IMG/VR virus record: IMGVR_UViG_3300017782_000009
DNA from: an uncultured virus (IMG/VR IMGVR_UViG_3300017782_000009)
Lineage: Duplodnaviria > Heunggongvirae > Uroviricota > Caudoviricetes
Direction: 5' to 3' (one strand)
DNA: 64,000 bases
In this document: positions 28,843 through 38,110 of the stretch, in pieces
Numbering within the stretch: position 1 is the stretch's first letter
Layout of the letters: each line of letters starts with the position of its first letter
Notes under the pieces: generated by a model
What the model was told of the DNA's origin: nothing
The model's database searches: none
The model's input: the letters and a program-made list of their open reading frames with translations, nothing else
Made by a program: the position numbers and the translations under genes

Positions 28843-30840
28843 ATGTCTGAAAGAGAATATGTTGTTGTTGTTAATCGAGGTGAAGACTTAGAGGCATTTG
28901 ATGCCGAACTAGAAGCATCAACAGGTTCTGGCCCAATACCAAATAGATCAGTAGAAGTTGCTAATCCTAGACCTGGATCAGATCGCATGACTCACTGGAT
29001 GCTCACTGACGACGAAGCAGAAGAATTAAAAAAAGATCCACGAGTATATTGTGTAGAAATACCTGTCGATCAAAGAGACGATATTCAAATTGGTCACGCA
29101 GCTAGACAAACAGGAACATTTTATAGAGGTTCAAATTTACAAGCAAGTTATGTGAATTGGGGCTTAAGAAGATGTACAGCAAATGATAACTCAGCATTTG
29201 GATTCCAAACTACACTAACTGGAGATTACGATTATGCTATTGACGGTACTGGTGTTGATGTTGTAATACAAGACAGTGGTATACAAGCAGATCACCCAGA
29301 ATGGGTTAGTACTAAAAATGAACTCATTGATACTGTACAAGGCGGTGTTACTACATTTAATTTTATTGATAACAACATAGCAACTAATGATATATACGTA
29401 CCATATTATCAATTTGCAAATCCTACAGCTAATTATATTGCTTCAATGACAGGAACACCCTGGGCAAACGGACAATATGACGGTGCCGAATTTTTAATAC
29501 GATTTGTTTTAGCAGACGGCAAGACTATAGAAAGAACTAGAATATTCGGAGGTATAGGAAACGGTACAGTAACTGCAGGAAAAAATACTTTCGAACTTAG
29601 TCTAGCAGGTACAATACATATTGAACAAACTGACGAAGATTTAAGACTTGCTTTTACTACTGGTGGCTATACTCAAAACGGAGTAATACAGTTATGGTTA
29701 AAAGCCGGACAGACTAGAATGCGTCAAATAGATTGGTACGGTGCAAGCGGACTTAGTGGTACACAAAATGCAAATCATTATAGAGATGCTGACGGCCACG
29801 GAACACATGTTGCAGGTATAGCAACAGGTAAAACATATGGTTGGGCCAAAGGTGCTCATGTTTATTCACAAAAGTTAGCAGGGCTAGAAACATTATCAGG
29901 AACTGACGGAACAGGAATTGCATCATCAGATGCATTTGATGCTATAAGATTATGGCATAACAATAAACCAATAGACCCAGTTACTGGTGCAAAACGACCA
30001 ACAGTTGTTAATATGAGTTGGGGGTACAGTAGCATTATAACTACTACTCCATCAAGTGGATCTTATAGAGGTACTCCTTGGACATGGGGATCTACATATA
30101 CAGATCGATATGTATTATGGGCAGATACTGGTATACCAACAGCAACTGAAGGTGGTGGCTTTAGAATGCCAGCCCGTGTAGGATCAATTGATGCTGAAAT
30201 TGAAGCCATGATTGATGCCGGCATACACGTTTGTATTGCTGCAGGCAATACCCCAATGAAACATGATGTTTCAAATGGATTAGATTATAATAATGTTGTA
30301 GTGTTTAATGCAATATCTTACGAGTACCATAGAGGAAGTTCACCATATAGTGACCGTGCATTAAATGTAGGTAATATTGACAGTAGTATTCAAGCGTCAG
30401 GAGGAAGCTATTTTGATAAAACAGCAACATCGTCTACTAGAGGTCCTGCTGTAAATATATGGGCACCAGGAAATGGAGTAGTAAGCACAGCAAGTAATAT
30501 AGGTGATGTTTTTTATACTACAATAGATTACCCAGACGATGATAATTACAAAATTATGAACATTGGAGGTACTTCTATGGCGTCTCCTCAAGCAGCAGGC
30601 CTTGTAGCATTAAAGGCACAATCATTACCAACAGCAAGTCCAGATAAATTGCGTCAAGATATTATTAATGATGCAAAAGATGTAGTATATAACACAGGTT
30701 CTAGTACTGATTATGATAACTTAAATCAGAGCTTGTTAGGTTCAGAACCTAACATAATGTTTTCCAAGTATGCGGTATATAATCCAATGTCTTATACAGG
30801 ACCTCTAACAATTCGTAACGTCGGACCTCGATTGCGATAA
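28843..30840 (+). CDS. Subtilisin-like serine protease (S8) with N-terminal propeptide
   Basis: Triad motifs 'VVIQDSG', 'HGTHVAG' and 'GTSMASP'; oxyanion 'AAGN'; VVNMSWG. Confidence 0.9.
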   Translation: MSEREYVVVVNRGEDLEAFDAELEASTGSGPIPNRSVEVANPRPGSDRMTHWMLTDDEAEELKKDPRVYCVEIPVDQRDDIQIGHAARQTGTFYRGSNLQASYVNWGLRRCTANDNSAFGFQTTLTGDYDYAIDGTGVDVVIQDSGIQADHPEWVSTKNELIDTVQGGVTTFNFIDNNIATNDIYVPYYQFANPTANYIASMTGTPWANGQYDGAEFLIRFVLADGKTIERTRIFGGIGNGTVTAGKNTFELSLAGTIHIEQTDEDLRLAFTTGGYTQNGVIQLWLKAGQTRMRQIDWYGASGLSGTQNANHYRDADGHGTHVAGIATGKTYGWAKGAHVYSQKLAGLETLSGTDGTGIASSDAFDAIRLWHNNKPIDPVTGAKRPTVVNMSWGYSSIITTTPSSGSYRGTPWTWGSTYTDRYVLWADTGIPTATEGGGFRMPARVGSIDAEIEAMIDAGIHVCIAAGNTPMKHDVSNGLDYNNVVVFNAISYEYHRGSSPYSDRALNVGNIDSSIQASGGSYFDKTATSSTRGPAVNIWAPGNGVVSTASNIGDVFYTTIDYPDDDNYKIMNIGGTSMASPQAAGLVALKAQSLPTASPDKLRQDIINDAKDVVYNTGSSTDYDNLNQSLLGSEPNIMFSKYAVYNPMSYTGPLTIRNVGPRLR

Positions 30841-30861
30841 ATATAAAAAAGGAACTATATA

Positions 30862-32457
30862 ATGGCTTTAAATTTTCCAATCAGTCCAAACATAGACGAT
30901 ACATATACAGATGGTACAACCACATGGAAGTGGGACGGGTCTGTATGGAACATTGTTGACGGCGCAGACGGAGTTGCATTATTTAAAACTGTTGCAGGTG
31001 ATACTGGCAGTGCAACAGCAACAACAGCCACAGACACAATTACTATTGCAGGCGGTACTGATATTGCTAGTAGTGTAGTAGGAAAAACTCTAACAATTAA
31101 TTATACAGGTTCTGCATCTAATCCAAATTTATTTTCAAGTATAGGTACAGATGACGGAACATTAAATGCAACAACACCTACTAGTACTGTTGATATTATC
31201 GGCGGCACAAATATAACTACACAAAATTCAACAGACACTAATGACATTGAAATTAATGTAAGTCCATTTAGCATAGACTTTTTGTCAGACGTTGACACAA
31301 CAACATCACCACCAAGTACAGGTAGTGTAATAAAATGGGATGGTGCAAAATGGGCACCAGGAACTGATGCTACTACCGGTGGTGGCGGCACTGATGCTGA
31401 TACACTTGATGGTCAAGATGGATCATACTATTTAAACTATAATAATCTTTCTAATACACCGAGTGTATTAACATTAACTGACCTAAGTATTGGTAATGAA
31501 TTAACTGCCTCAGGTGATGGAGCAATTAGTTATGATAATACTACAGGTGTGTTTAGATTTACACCTCCAGATCTTAGCAGTTACTTAACTAGTGTACCGG
31601 CACAGTCATTTAGTAGTTTAACAGGTAAACCAACAACACTTGCAGGCTATGGCATTACAGATGCATTTGACGGTGCTTTTAGTTCACTTACTAGCAAACC
31701 AACAACACTTGCAGGATACGGTATTACAGATGCAGCATTAGCATCAAGCATACCAACAGATTTAACAGACTTAAACATTATAGATGGTACAGCAAATCAA
31801 GTACTAACAACTAACGGTGCAGGCGGATTTAGTTTCCAAGACATAAGTGCTAGTTCAGGCGAAACAAACCAAAACGCATTTAGTAACGTTGCTGTAGCAG
31901 GACAAACAACAGTAGCTGCAGAATCAAAAACTGATACACTTACACTTGTAGGCGGTACTAGTATTAATGTAACCACTGATGCCAATACTGACTCAGTAAC
32001 TATTGCGTATAATGGTGCATCAGGTGTTACTGAATTTTCAAATTTAACTGATGTAAATGATGCAAACTTTTTAACAGTTGATAGAATTTTTGAACATGCC
32101 GCAACTACGTTCACTGTAGACAACATTGGTGCTACATCTTATACATTTAACCCGCATTATGCAGGAAATAATCCATCAATCTATTTAATATCCGGACATA
32201 CATATGCATTTAATTTATTAGGTGTAGGCGGTCATCCGTTTGAAATACAAGATGCATCTTTGAATGCACTTACAACAAACTTACTACATGTAGCTGAAGA
32301 CGGTACAGTAAGTGCTGACAGTGATGCACAGGGTCAAGACGACGGAACATTGTATTGGAGAATTCCAGAAAATACTAGTGGTAGTTTTGCATATCAGTGT
32401 ACACTACATTCTGCTATGGTTGGAAGCATTACTGTTAAAAGACTAAGCAGTCTTTAA
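30862..32457 (+). CDS. Tail fibre-like protein with C-terminal cupredoxin-like domain
   Basis: TAAATA (30838-30843); two KPTTLAGYGITDA repeats; ends 'GHPF...YQCTLHSAMVGSITV'. Confidence 0.7.
   Translation: MALNFPISPNIDDTYTDGTTTWKWDGSVWNIVDGADGVALFKTVAGDTGSATATTATDTITIAGGTDIASSVVGKTLTINYTGSASNPNLFSSIGTDDGTLNATTPTSTVDIIGGTNITTQNSTDTNDIEINVSPFSIDFLSDVDTTTSPPSTGSVIKWDGAKWAPGTDATTGGGGTDADTLDGQDGSYYLNYNNLSNTPSVLTLTDLSIGNELTASGDGAISYDNTTGVFRFTPPDLSSYLTSVPAQSFSSLTGKPTTLAGYGITDAFDGAFSSLTSKPTTLAGYGITDAALASSIPTDLTDLNIIDGTANQVLTTNGAGGFSFQDISASSGETNQNAFSNVAVAGQTTVAAESKTDTLTLVGGTSINVTTDANTDSVTIAYNGASGVTEFSNLTDVNDANFLTVDRIFEHAATTFTVDNIGATSYTFNPHYAGNNPSIYLISGHTYAFNLLGVGGHPFEIQDASLNALTTNLLHVAEDGTVSADSDAQGQDDGTLYWRIPENTSGSFAYQCTLHSAMVGSITVKRLSSL
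31627..31734 (+). repeat. Tandem phage-fibre repeat (KPTTLAGYGITDA x2)
   Basis: aaaccaacaacacttgcagg...attacagatgca occurs twice, 69 nt apart. Confidence 0.8.
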
Positions 32458-32712
32458 ATCATTAACTATAGTAGTTAATCTCTTACGTATCTCAATTATT
32501 CGTATTCTATTTTCGTGTAATGAACGAGGATCAATATATCCGTTATTTGCAGGATCGTGACCTGCGTCTATTTGTGCTGCTTCAGATGCTAATTCTTTTA
32601 ATAACTTATTACATTCTTCTTTAAGTGCAGGATTTGATACTAAAGAAAGTTCTTGAGTAAAATATTTTAAGTCTTTTTGAAATTTTGGAAGTTCACTAAA
32701 CTTTAGATTGTT
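32443..32712 (-). CDS. Hypothetical protein (94-aa ORF; likely start MNNLKF at 32712)
   Basis: GAGG upstream of ATG 32712 on the minus strand; last gene of the minus-strand operon. Confidence 0.5.
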   Translation of the reverse strand, partial: NNLKFSELPKFQKDLKYFTQELSLVSNPALKEECNKLLKELASEAAQIDAGHDPANNGYIDPRSLHENRIRIIEIRKRLTTIVNDLKTA

Positions 32713-33079
32713 CATTGTCTGCCTCAATATTACTTGCAGGTATTATGTGATAAACATCTTTAGGATCGTATTTGGTTGCTGTTTCTGCTATAGCACTTCC
32801 TGCATATAAACATTCTAAACTAACAGGCATTAATGGAGGAACATGAAACACTGAACCTTCATTTAAATCGTTTTCATATAGTTTACCTGTTTCAGTATCA
32901 ATCCATCTAATTCTAAGTTGTCCGCTATTAACAAACCACGACTTAGTAGTATTCTTAGTAAAGCTCATGTTAGTTTTTGATCCTATGTGTTCAAATACTA
33001 ATATTTTACTAGAATAATGTTCTGTATTAGCCCATAATACTTCATATCCATATTCAGTTTTAGTTACATTATCATTCAT
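32696..33079 (-). CDS. Cupin-like protein, apparently lacking metal-binding His residues
   Basis: 'YGYEVLWAN.E.YSSKIL', 'SWFVNSG.L', 'L..GSVFHVPPL' fit a cupin layout. Confidence 0.55.
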   Translation of the reverse strand: MNDNVTKTEYGYEVLWANTEHYSSKILVFEHIGSKTNMSFTKNTTKSWFVNSGQLRIRWIDTETGKLYENDLNEGSVFHVPPLMPVSLECLYAGSAIAETATKYDPKDVYHIIPASNIEADNEQSKV

Positions 33080-33087
33080 TTTAATAC

Positions 33088-33525
33088 CTAATTAATTAAA
33101 TTGATTACTTCAAAAAGTGTTTCAAGTTTACGTATATTAACTTTACTTTCAAGTGTATTTTTTAATCCAAAATGTAAAGGTTTTGGCCACTTATTAAAAC
33201 TGACCCACGCATAACCGTCGTGTTCTTTATTAAGTTGTGGAATAAATTCTTTGTCAATAACACACAAGTATGTATGAAACAAGAATTGTGTATCATTGCT
33301 TACAAACGTTTCAAGTGGAATAGTTTTTTTAATGTTAGGAACATTACCTATTTCTTCTTTAATTTCTCGTTGTAAACCTTCCCACGGAGTTTCTTTATCT
33401 TCAGTTGTGCCGCCAACTAATCCCCAAACATTATCTCGCTTGGTATTAGCCCTGCGAACAAACAGGAATCGTTTAGTTTCTAGTGTGTAAAAGATTGCAC
33501 CACTACAGATAATTTTTTTGCTCAT
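33088..33525 (-). CDS. Nudix hydrolase (likely start MSKKIICSG at 33525)
   Basis: Nudix box 'GGTTEDKETPWEGLQREIKEEIG'. Confidence 0.85.
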   Translation of the reverse strand: MSKKIICSGAIFYTLETKRFLFVRRANTKRDNVWGLVGGTTEDKETPWEGLQREIKEEIGNVPNIKKTIPLETFVSNDTQFLFHTYLCVIDKEFIPQLNKEHDGYAWVSFNKWPKPLHFGLKNTLESKVNIRKLETLFEVINLIN

Positions 33526-33539
33526 ACAAATAATTATCT

Positions 33540-34982
33540 TTAAAGTGCTAGTCTCCAGGTGCCTCTTGGATACTCGCCGTCTACTGAAAGTAGCCATTCT
33601 GAGTTATTCCAACGGTATTGTTTTGAAGTTGTAAGATTAGTAATGTATACTACGTCAGTTGCACTATCATTTGCAGAAGCATCAAATACTACATGCCATT
33701 TAGTACCATCCCATTCAATAATGTCATTTGCTTGTGCTACAAAGTCTGACCCGTCTTGATTTTTCCATGCGTCTGGCCCGTCAGTATTAATTGCATTGCC
33801 AATTGGATTAAGTATTAAAACTCTAGGTGTAGTAGAGCCTAAGTTTAATGCTGATGTTCCTGTTGTTGCAGGATCAATAATATAATCTACATTACTTCTG
33901 TCGCCCATTGGGCCTGTTAATACTGTATTGTCTGGTAATGAATCTGCGTCCCAGTTAACACTAATTTGTGTTTCGTCTAATGGGTTTAGACTAAATGTAC
34001 CAACTATTGCATATTCAGTGTCTTGATAATCTAAGCGTCTTAAATGTATTTGAGAAATACCTGCTTCGTATGATCCTGGCATTGCTTCAAATAGTGTTCG
34101 CCAATCAACAGTGCCAACTTTACCTTTGTATATTAATTTAACACTATTACCTTCAACATATATCCCTTGATTTTCATATGTAACTGTTGTAACATTAGTA
34201 TTATTACTAGTCTCATATATTTCATTTCCGTCTCGGTCAACACGCCCCACTACTATTGAGTCGTCCCATGCATCAAGTTGCGGAGTTGATAAATCAACTT
34301 CTATAGTGCCTTTAGATTCGTCATGTATACTAGCAATAATATTTGTTATTACACCTAACTTTTTAACTTTAACTGGCGGACTAATATATATTGGTACAGC
34401 AAAACTCATTGACGATACATCAATTTCACTTTCAGTTCCTACAGGAATAGTTCTATTACTAAAATTAATACTAGTAATACTTACTGTTGTTAAACTAGTC
34501 CAGTCAATATAATTGTCTGTAGTCTGTATTTCTAATGTAGGATTAAATAGAACTAATATTTGTTCCATCAACTGTAATTTTTGATCTGTGTTAGAAGTCC
34601 ATAAGTCAACATTTAAGTTTAAAATATAAGGAGTAGGATGTAATCGTTCTACAGTATAATTTTTACCTTGAATACCTTCATATGTTTGTGTATCGTTATT
34701 GTACTTTTGTTCCCTAATATGTTGCTTACTAACATAACTTGAATCAGATATTCTTGATGAATCTGTTTCTAATCCTTGAATATATACACCCATTCTAGGT
34801 ACACTTGGTAGTTTGTTCTCACTGTTATCACGCAAAATACTACCAACTTGTCTAGTAATGTCGCCATACATAACTGGTACTGTTACAAGTTTATTTTCGT
34901 TATCTTTGTAACTAAAGTTACTCATTAACCTAACCATTTGGGTTACGTATCTTCTAATTTGTCCGTCGTAAAAATGTTGCAT
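33540..34982 (-). CDS. gp15: Tail terminator / sheath stabiliser, gp15-like, with C-terminal extension
   Basis: 'HFYDGQIRRY...VPVMYG', 'PYILNLNVDLWT.N.DQKLQLMEQILVLFNP'; next to the neck genes. Confidence 0.7.
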   Translation of the reverse strand: MQHFYDGQIRRYVTQMVRLMSNFSYKDNENKLVTVPVMYGDITRQVGSILRDNSENKLPSVPRMGVYIQGLETDSSRISDSSYVSKQHIREQKYNNDTQTYEGIQGKNYTVERLHPTPYILNLNVDLWTSNTDQKLQLMEQILVLFNPTLEIQTTDNYIDWTSLTTVSITSINFSNRTIPVGTESEIDVSSMSFAVPIYISPPVKVKKLGVITNIIASIHDESKGTIEVDLSTPQLDAWDDSIVVGRVDRDGNEIYETSNNTNVTTVTYENQGIYVEGNSVKLIYKGKVGTVDWRTLFEAMPGSYEAGISQIHLRRLDYQDTEYAIVGTFSLNPLDETQISVNWDADSLPDNTVLTGPMGDRSNVDYIIDPATTGTSALNLGSTTPRVLILNPIGNAINTDGPDAWKNQDGSDFVAQANDIIEWDGTKWHVVFDASANDSATDVVYITNLTTSKQYRWNNSEWLLSVDGEYPRGTWRLAL

Positions 34983-36121
34983 TAGATATCAGCCTCTGGT
35001 TTTTTAGGTCTTAGAGCTTTACTTAAACTACTGCGTTCTTGTACAGTTTCTCCAGCAATTTCGTTTGTATTTGTATTGTTAATAAATGTACCCTTTTGTG
35101 TAGTCTCTGTATTTGTGTTTGACAATGTCATTCTTACATCACCTTCAACTTTAATCCATCTTGTACCATCATATTGGAAAAGACGTTTTGGTAAAAAATC
35201 GGTTCTAAGGAAATAATCCCCGTCAACAGCATCAGTTGGAAATGATATGCCATGTCCAAATGTTGCTCCGTTTGGTGCATTCTCTTGACCTATTAGATAA
35301 CCTTGATAACCGGATCTAGACGGTTTTGCTTGTATCTCGCCGTCTGCATTGGTATTCTTAAGATCAACACTACCGTCTGCATTAGAATCTAAACTATAAT
35401 AATGTGCAACGTCAAAGCCTGACTTAGGAGCATCTGCTTCTGCTTGTGCTACTACAGCATCATTAATTTGCATTTCTTTTTCATATGTTGACAATACATC
35501 TCTTAGTGTATCGCCACCTGGTGCATGTTCGTCTGCTGGTAGATCTAATATATCTTTGTATTCTTGTGAATCGTATATTTGCTTTAACTTTAATCTATAA
35601 AGATGTGGATACCAAGTAGGTGAAAATCCTTCAGCGGCTCTGTTAATATCTTCAATAACATAGAAACGTTTAAGTGCTACAGTATAATCGTTAAGAGCAT
35701 ATTCATCTTTAAGGTGTGGTAATTCTATTACATCACCCGGCATTAACTTTCTGCCAATTGTTTCTACACTACTATTAATGTGTACTGTCATAAACAATGT
35801 ATCATTACTTAAGAATAGCCCAAATTGGCTTAAATCAAAGTCAATGTCTTGTACATTGTAAATACCTCTAATAGTATAGATATCGTCGTCATACTTGCGA
35901 TCCCTATTTTCCATAAACAACATATCTTGTATGTTGGTTTCTTTAACAACATCGTAATGAGGTTGATCTGCTGTTGCATCCTCTTCTGATGTATTTTTAG
36001 GGCCGATATACTTATGAACAAATAAGTCAGTTCCTCCAACTGTAAACATTTCGAGGATCTGTTTATCTAAAAACTTGTAGTCTGCACCTTTTTCGGGTTT
36101 GTATAAACTTAATCTTGGCAT
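34982..36121 (-). CDS. gp14: Neck protein gp14-like (start MPRLSLY at 36121)
   Basis: 'IQDMLFMENRDRKYD', 'DLSQFGLFL', 'GRKLMPGDVIELPHL'; context between gp13 and gp15. Confidence 0.7.
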   Translation of the reverse strand: MPRLSLYKPEKGADYKFLDKQILEMFTVGGTDLFVHKYIGPKNTSEEDATADQPHYDVVKETNIQDMLFMENRDRKYDDDIYTIRGIYNVQDIDFDLSQFGLFLSNDTLFMTVHINSSVETIGRKLMPGDVIELPHLKDEYALNDYTVALKRFYVIEDINRAAEGFSPTWYPHLYRLKLKQIYDSQEYKDILDLPADEHAPGGDTLRDVLSTYEKEMQINDAVVAQAEADAPKSGFDVAHYYSLDSNADGSVDLKNTNADGEIQAKPSRSGYQGYLIGQENAPNGATFGHGISFPTDAVDGDYFLRTDFLPKRLFQYDGTRWIKVEGDVRMTLSNTNTETTQKGTFINNTNTNEIAGETVQERSSLSKALRPKKPEADI

Positions 36122-36126
36122 AAACA

Positions 36127-36159
36127 TATTTATCGTTATGTGCCGCCATACGATAAATA
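36127..36159. promoter_or_regulatory. Back-to-back divergent late promoters forming an inverted repeat
   Basis: TATTTATCG (36127-36135) ... CGATAAATA (36151-36159). Confidence 0.7.
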
Positions 36160-36178
36160 CTATTGGAGAAACAATTAT

Positions 36179-36937
36179 ATGACAGACTTAGCAACACAAA
36201 AACAAGAAATTTTCGACTATGTTCACAGTATGTTAGGTGGTGGTATGGTCGATGTTGAACTTGACCCTGTTCATTATGAAACAGCGTTAACCAAAGCATT
36301 AACAACATATCGTCAAAGATCAGATAATGCTGTAGAAGAATCTTATATCTTCTTAGAATTAATACCTGATCAGAATGAATATACGTTAGCCAATGAGATT
36401 ATGGAAGTAAGAAAATTATTCCGTAGAAGCATAGGTTCTCGTTCAGGTGGCGGTGACGGCGGAACATTGTTTGAACCGTTTAACATGGCATATACTAACA
36501 CATACTTACTATCTAGTTCTAACATGGGCGGATTAGCAACTTATGATTTGTTTAGTCAATACCAAGAGTTAGTTGGTCGTATGTTTGGTTCTTTCATTGA
36601 ATTTAAATGGAACAGTACTACAAAGAAACTAACTATTCTCCAAAGACCAAGAGCAGACGAAGAAGTAATGATGTATTGTTACAACTATCGTCCAGATTCA
36701 GAACTACTTAAAGACTATCTAGCAATCCAATGGATTAAAGATTATACACTTGCAAGTTGCAAATACATGCTCGGCGAAGCACGTAGTAAGTTTGCTACTA
36801 TAGCAGGTCCACAAGGTGGTTCAGCACTTAACGGTGAAACACTAAAAGCAGAAGCACAAGCCGAACTTGAAAAACTACAGAACGACGTATCATTACAAGT
36901 CGGTGGTGGTGTCGGCTATGGTTTCACTATTGGCTAA
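36179..36937 (+). CDS. gp13: Neck protein gp13-like (start MTDLATQK at 36179)
   Basis: GGAGA SD at 36165; 'LGGGMVDVELD', 'WIKDY.LA..K..LGEARSKF', 'LNGE.LKAEA'. Confidence 0.8.
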   Translation: MTDLATQKQEIFDYVHSMLGGGMVDVELDPVHYETALTKALTTYRQRSDNAVEESYIFLELIPDQNEYTLANEIMEVRKLFRRSIGSRSGGGDGGTLFEPFNMAYTNTYLLSSSNMGGLATYDLFSQYQELVGRMFGSFIEFKWNSTTKKLTILQRPRADEEVMMYCYNYRPDSELLKDYLAIQWIKDYTLASCKYMLGEARSKFATIAGPQGGSALNGETLKAEAQAELEKLQNDVSLQVGGGVGYGFTIG

Positions 36938-37127
36938 GCCGTCCCAAAAAGAAGCCTGCAGGCTTTTTTATATGGTTAAAGGCCATCTTCCAAATGACAT
37001 GAAAACAATTTATGCCTGCTATGAAGGATACTTCAAACGGTTATGGAATAATAACGAAGGCTACACACACGAAGTAGGTTTTGAAGAGACCTATAATCAA
37101 TTTTTAAATAAAACTATTGACAAGTAG
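36918..37127 (+). CDS. Possible small hypothetical protein (69 aa)
   Basis: The ORF fills the gap after gp13 but overlaps it by 20 nt and contains a terminator-like hairpin. Confidence 0.35.
   Translation: MVSLLAKPSQKEACRLFYMVKGHLPNDMKTIYACYEGYFKRLWNNNEGYTHEVGFEETYNQFLNKTIDK
36952..36969 (+). terminator. Possible intrinsic terminator after gp13
   Basis: AAGCC-TGCA-GGCTT followed by a T run. Confidence 0.45.
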
Positions 37128-37145
37128 CATAAAATACAGTATAAT
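37117..37145 (+). promoter_or_regulatory. Perfect-consensus sigma70 promoter
   Basis: TTGACA (37117-37122), 17 nt, TATAAT (37140-37145). Confidence 0.85.
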
Positions 37146-37172
37146 TAATTTAATTAAAAAGGATTATACTTT

Positions 37173-37700
37173 ATGTTACCAAAACTCCTCGTAGTAGGGC
37201 ACGGCCGACACGGCAAAGATACTGTTTGCGAAATGTTAGAAAAGTACAACTATTCATTTCAGTCATCATCAAAATTTTGTTCTGAACTTTTTATATTCAA
37301 TGATCTAAAAGACAAATACGGTTATGCCAATGAGGAAGAATGTTATGTAGATAGACATAACCATAGAGCAGAATGGTACGACATGATTCACGATTATTGT
37401 AGTAAAGACCTAGCACGATTAGGTCGTAATCTATTTGCTGAAAATAGTATATACTGTGGACTAAGAAATAAACGTGAATTCTTTGCAATGCAAAATGAAG
37501 AAATATTTGACTATGCTATTTGGGTAGACAGAGCAGATCATTTGCCTTTAGAAAGTTATAAGTCTATGAGCATTGAACAATGGATGTGTGATTATACTAT
37601 TGACAATAACGGTGACCTTGAGCGTTTAGAAAAAAATGTAGATGTACTGATTAAAACTATATTTAAAAATCGGGGATTAGATCACCTTGCTTCCACTTAA
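37173..37700 (+). CDS. Deoxynucleoside monophosphate kinase-like P-loop protein
   Basis: GHGRHGKDT P-loop and C-terminal 'DYTIDNNGDL'. Confidence 0.7.
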   Translation: MLPKLLVVGHGRHGKDTVCEMLEKYNYSFQSSSKFCSELFIFNDLKDKYGYANEEECYVDRHNHRAEWYDMIHDYCSKDLARLGRNLFAENSIYCGLRNKREFFAMQNEEIFDYAIWVDRADHLPLESYKSMSIEQWMCDYTIDNNGDLERLEKNVDVLIKTIFKNRGLDHLAST

Positions 37701-38001
37701 CTCCTTCTTTTTGTAGAGTTCGTTGACAATTAGCACAGATAGTTTTTAAGTTAGTAGGCCGGCAATTATTTAAATCTCCGTCTACGTGAAACACATTAAA
37801 CTGTTCGTGATGTTTGCTCTGAAAGCCACATTTTTCGCATTTATCTTTTTTAACGTAACCCGACTGTCTCCATTTAGGAACTCCGATACTCTTTCCGCCT
37901 GTCCTTAAACATCGTTCACATCGTTTTCGATAATAGGTTTTATTACCTTTTTTGTAGTTAATAGCGGCAGGTCTTTGTCCGCAAACGCATAATGGTCTCA
38001 T
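37663..38001 (-). CDS. Zn-finger/HNH-like protein (start MRPLCVCG at 38001)
   Basis: CxC, CxxC, CEKCG, 'FHVDGDLNNC...NLKTICANC'. Confidence 0.65.
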   Translation of the reverse strand: MRPLCVCGQRPAAINYKKGNKTYYRKRCERCLRTGGKSIGVPKWRQSGYVKKDKCEKCGFQSKHHEQFNVFHVDGDLNNCRPTNLKTICANCQRTLQKEGVKWKQGDLIPDF

Positions 38002-38110
38002 ACTTGTATTTACCTCACCTTTTTGGTCCCTTTTTTGTGGTGTTTTCGCCATTGTTTTTTTACTAAGATGCTAAATACTAGTAACAACTTATACCTAATA
38101 GGAGAACAAA

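Noticed and set aside
29305..29712. Possible intein in the subtilisin
   Set aside because: No terminal His-Asn followed by Cys/Ser/Thr, and no recognisable splicing or LAGLIDADG blocks
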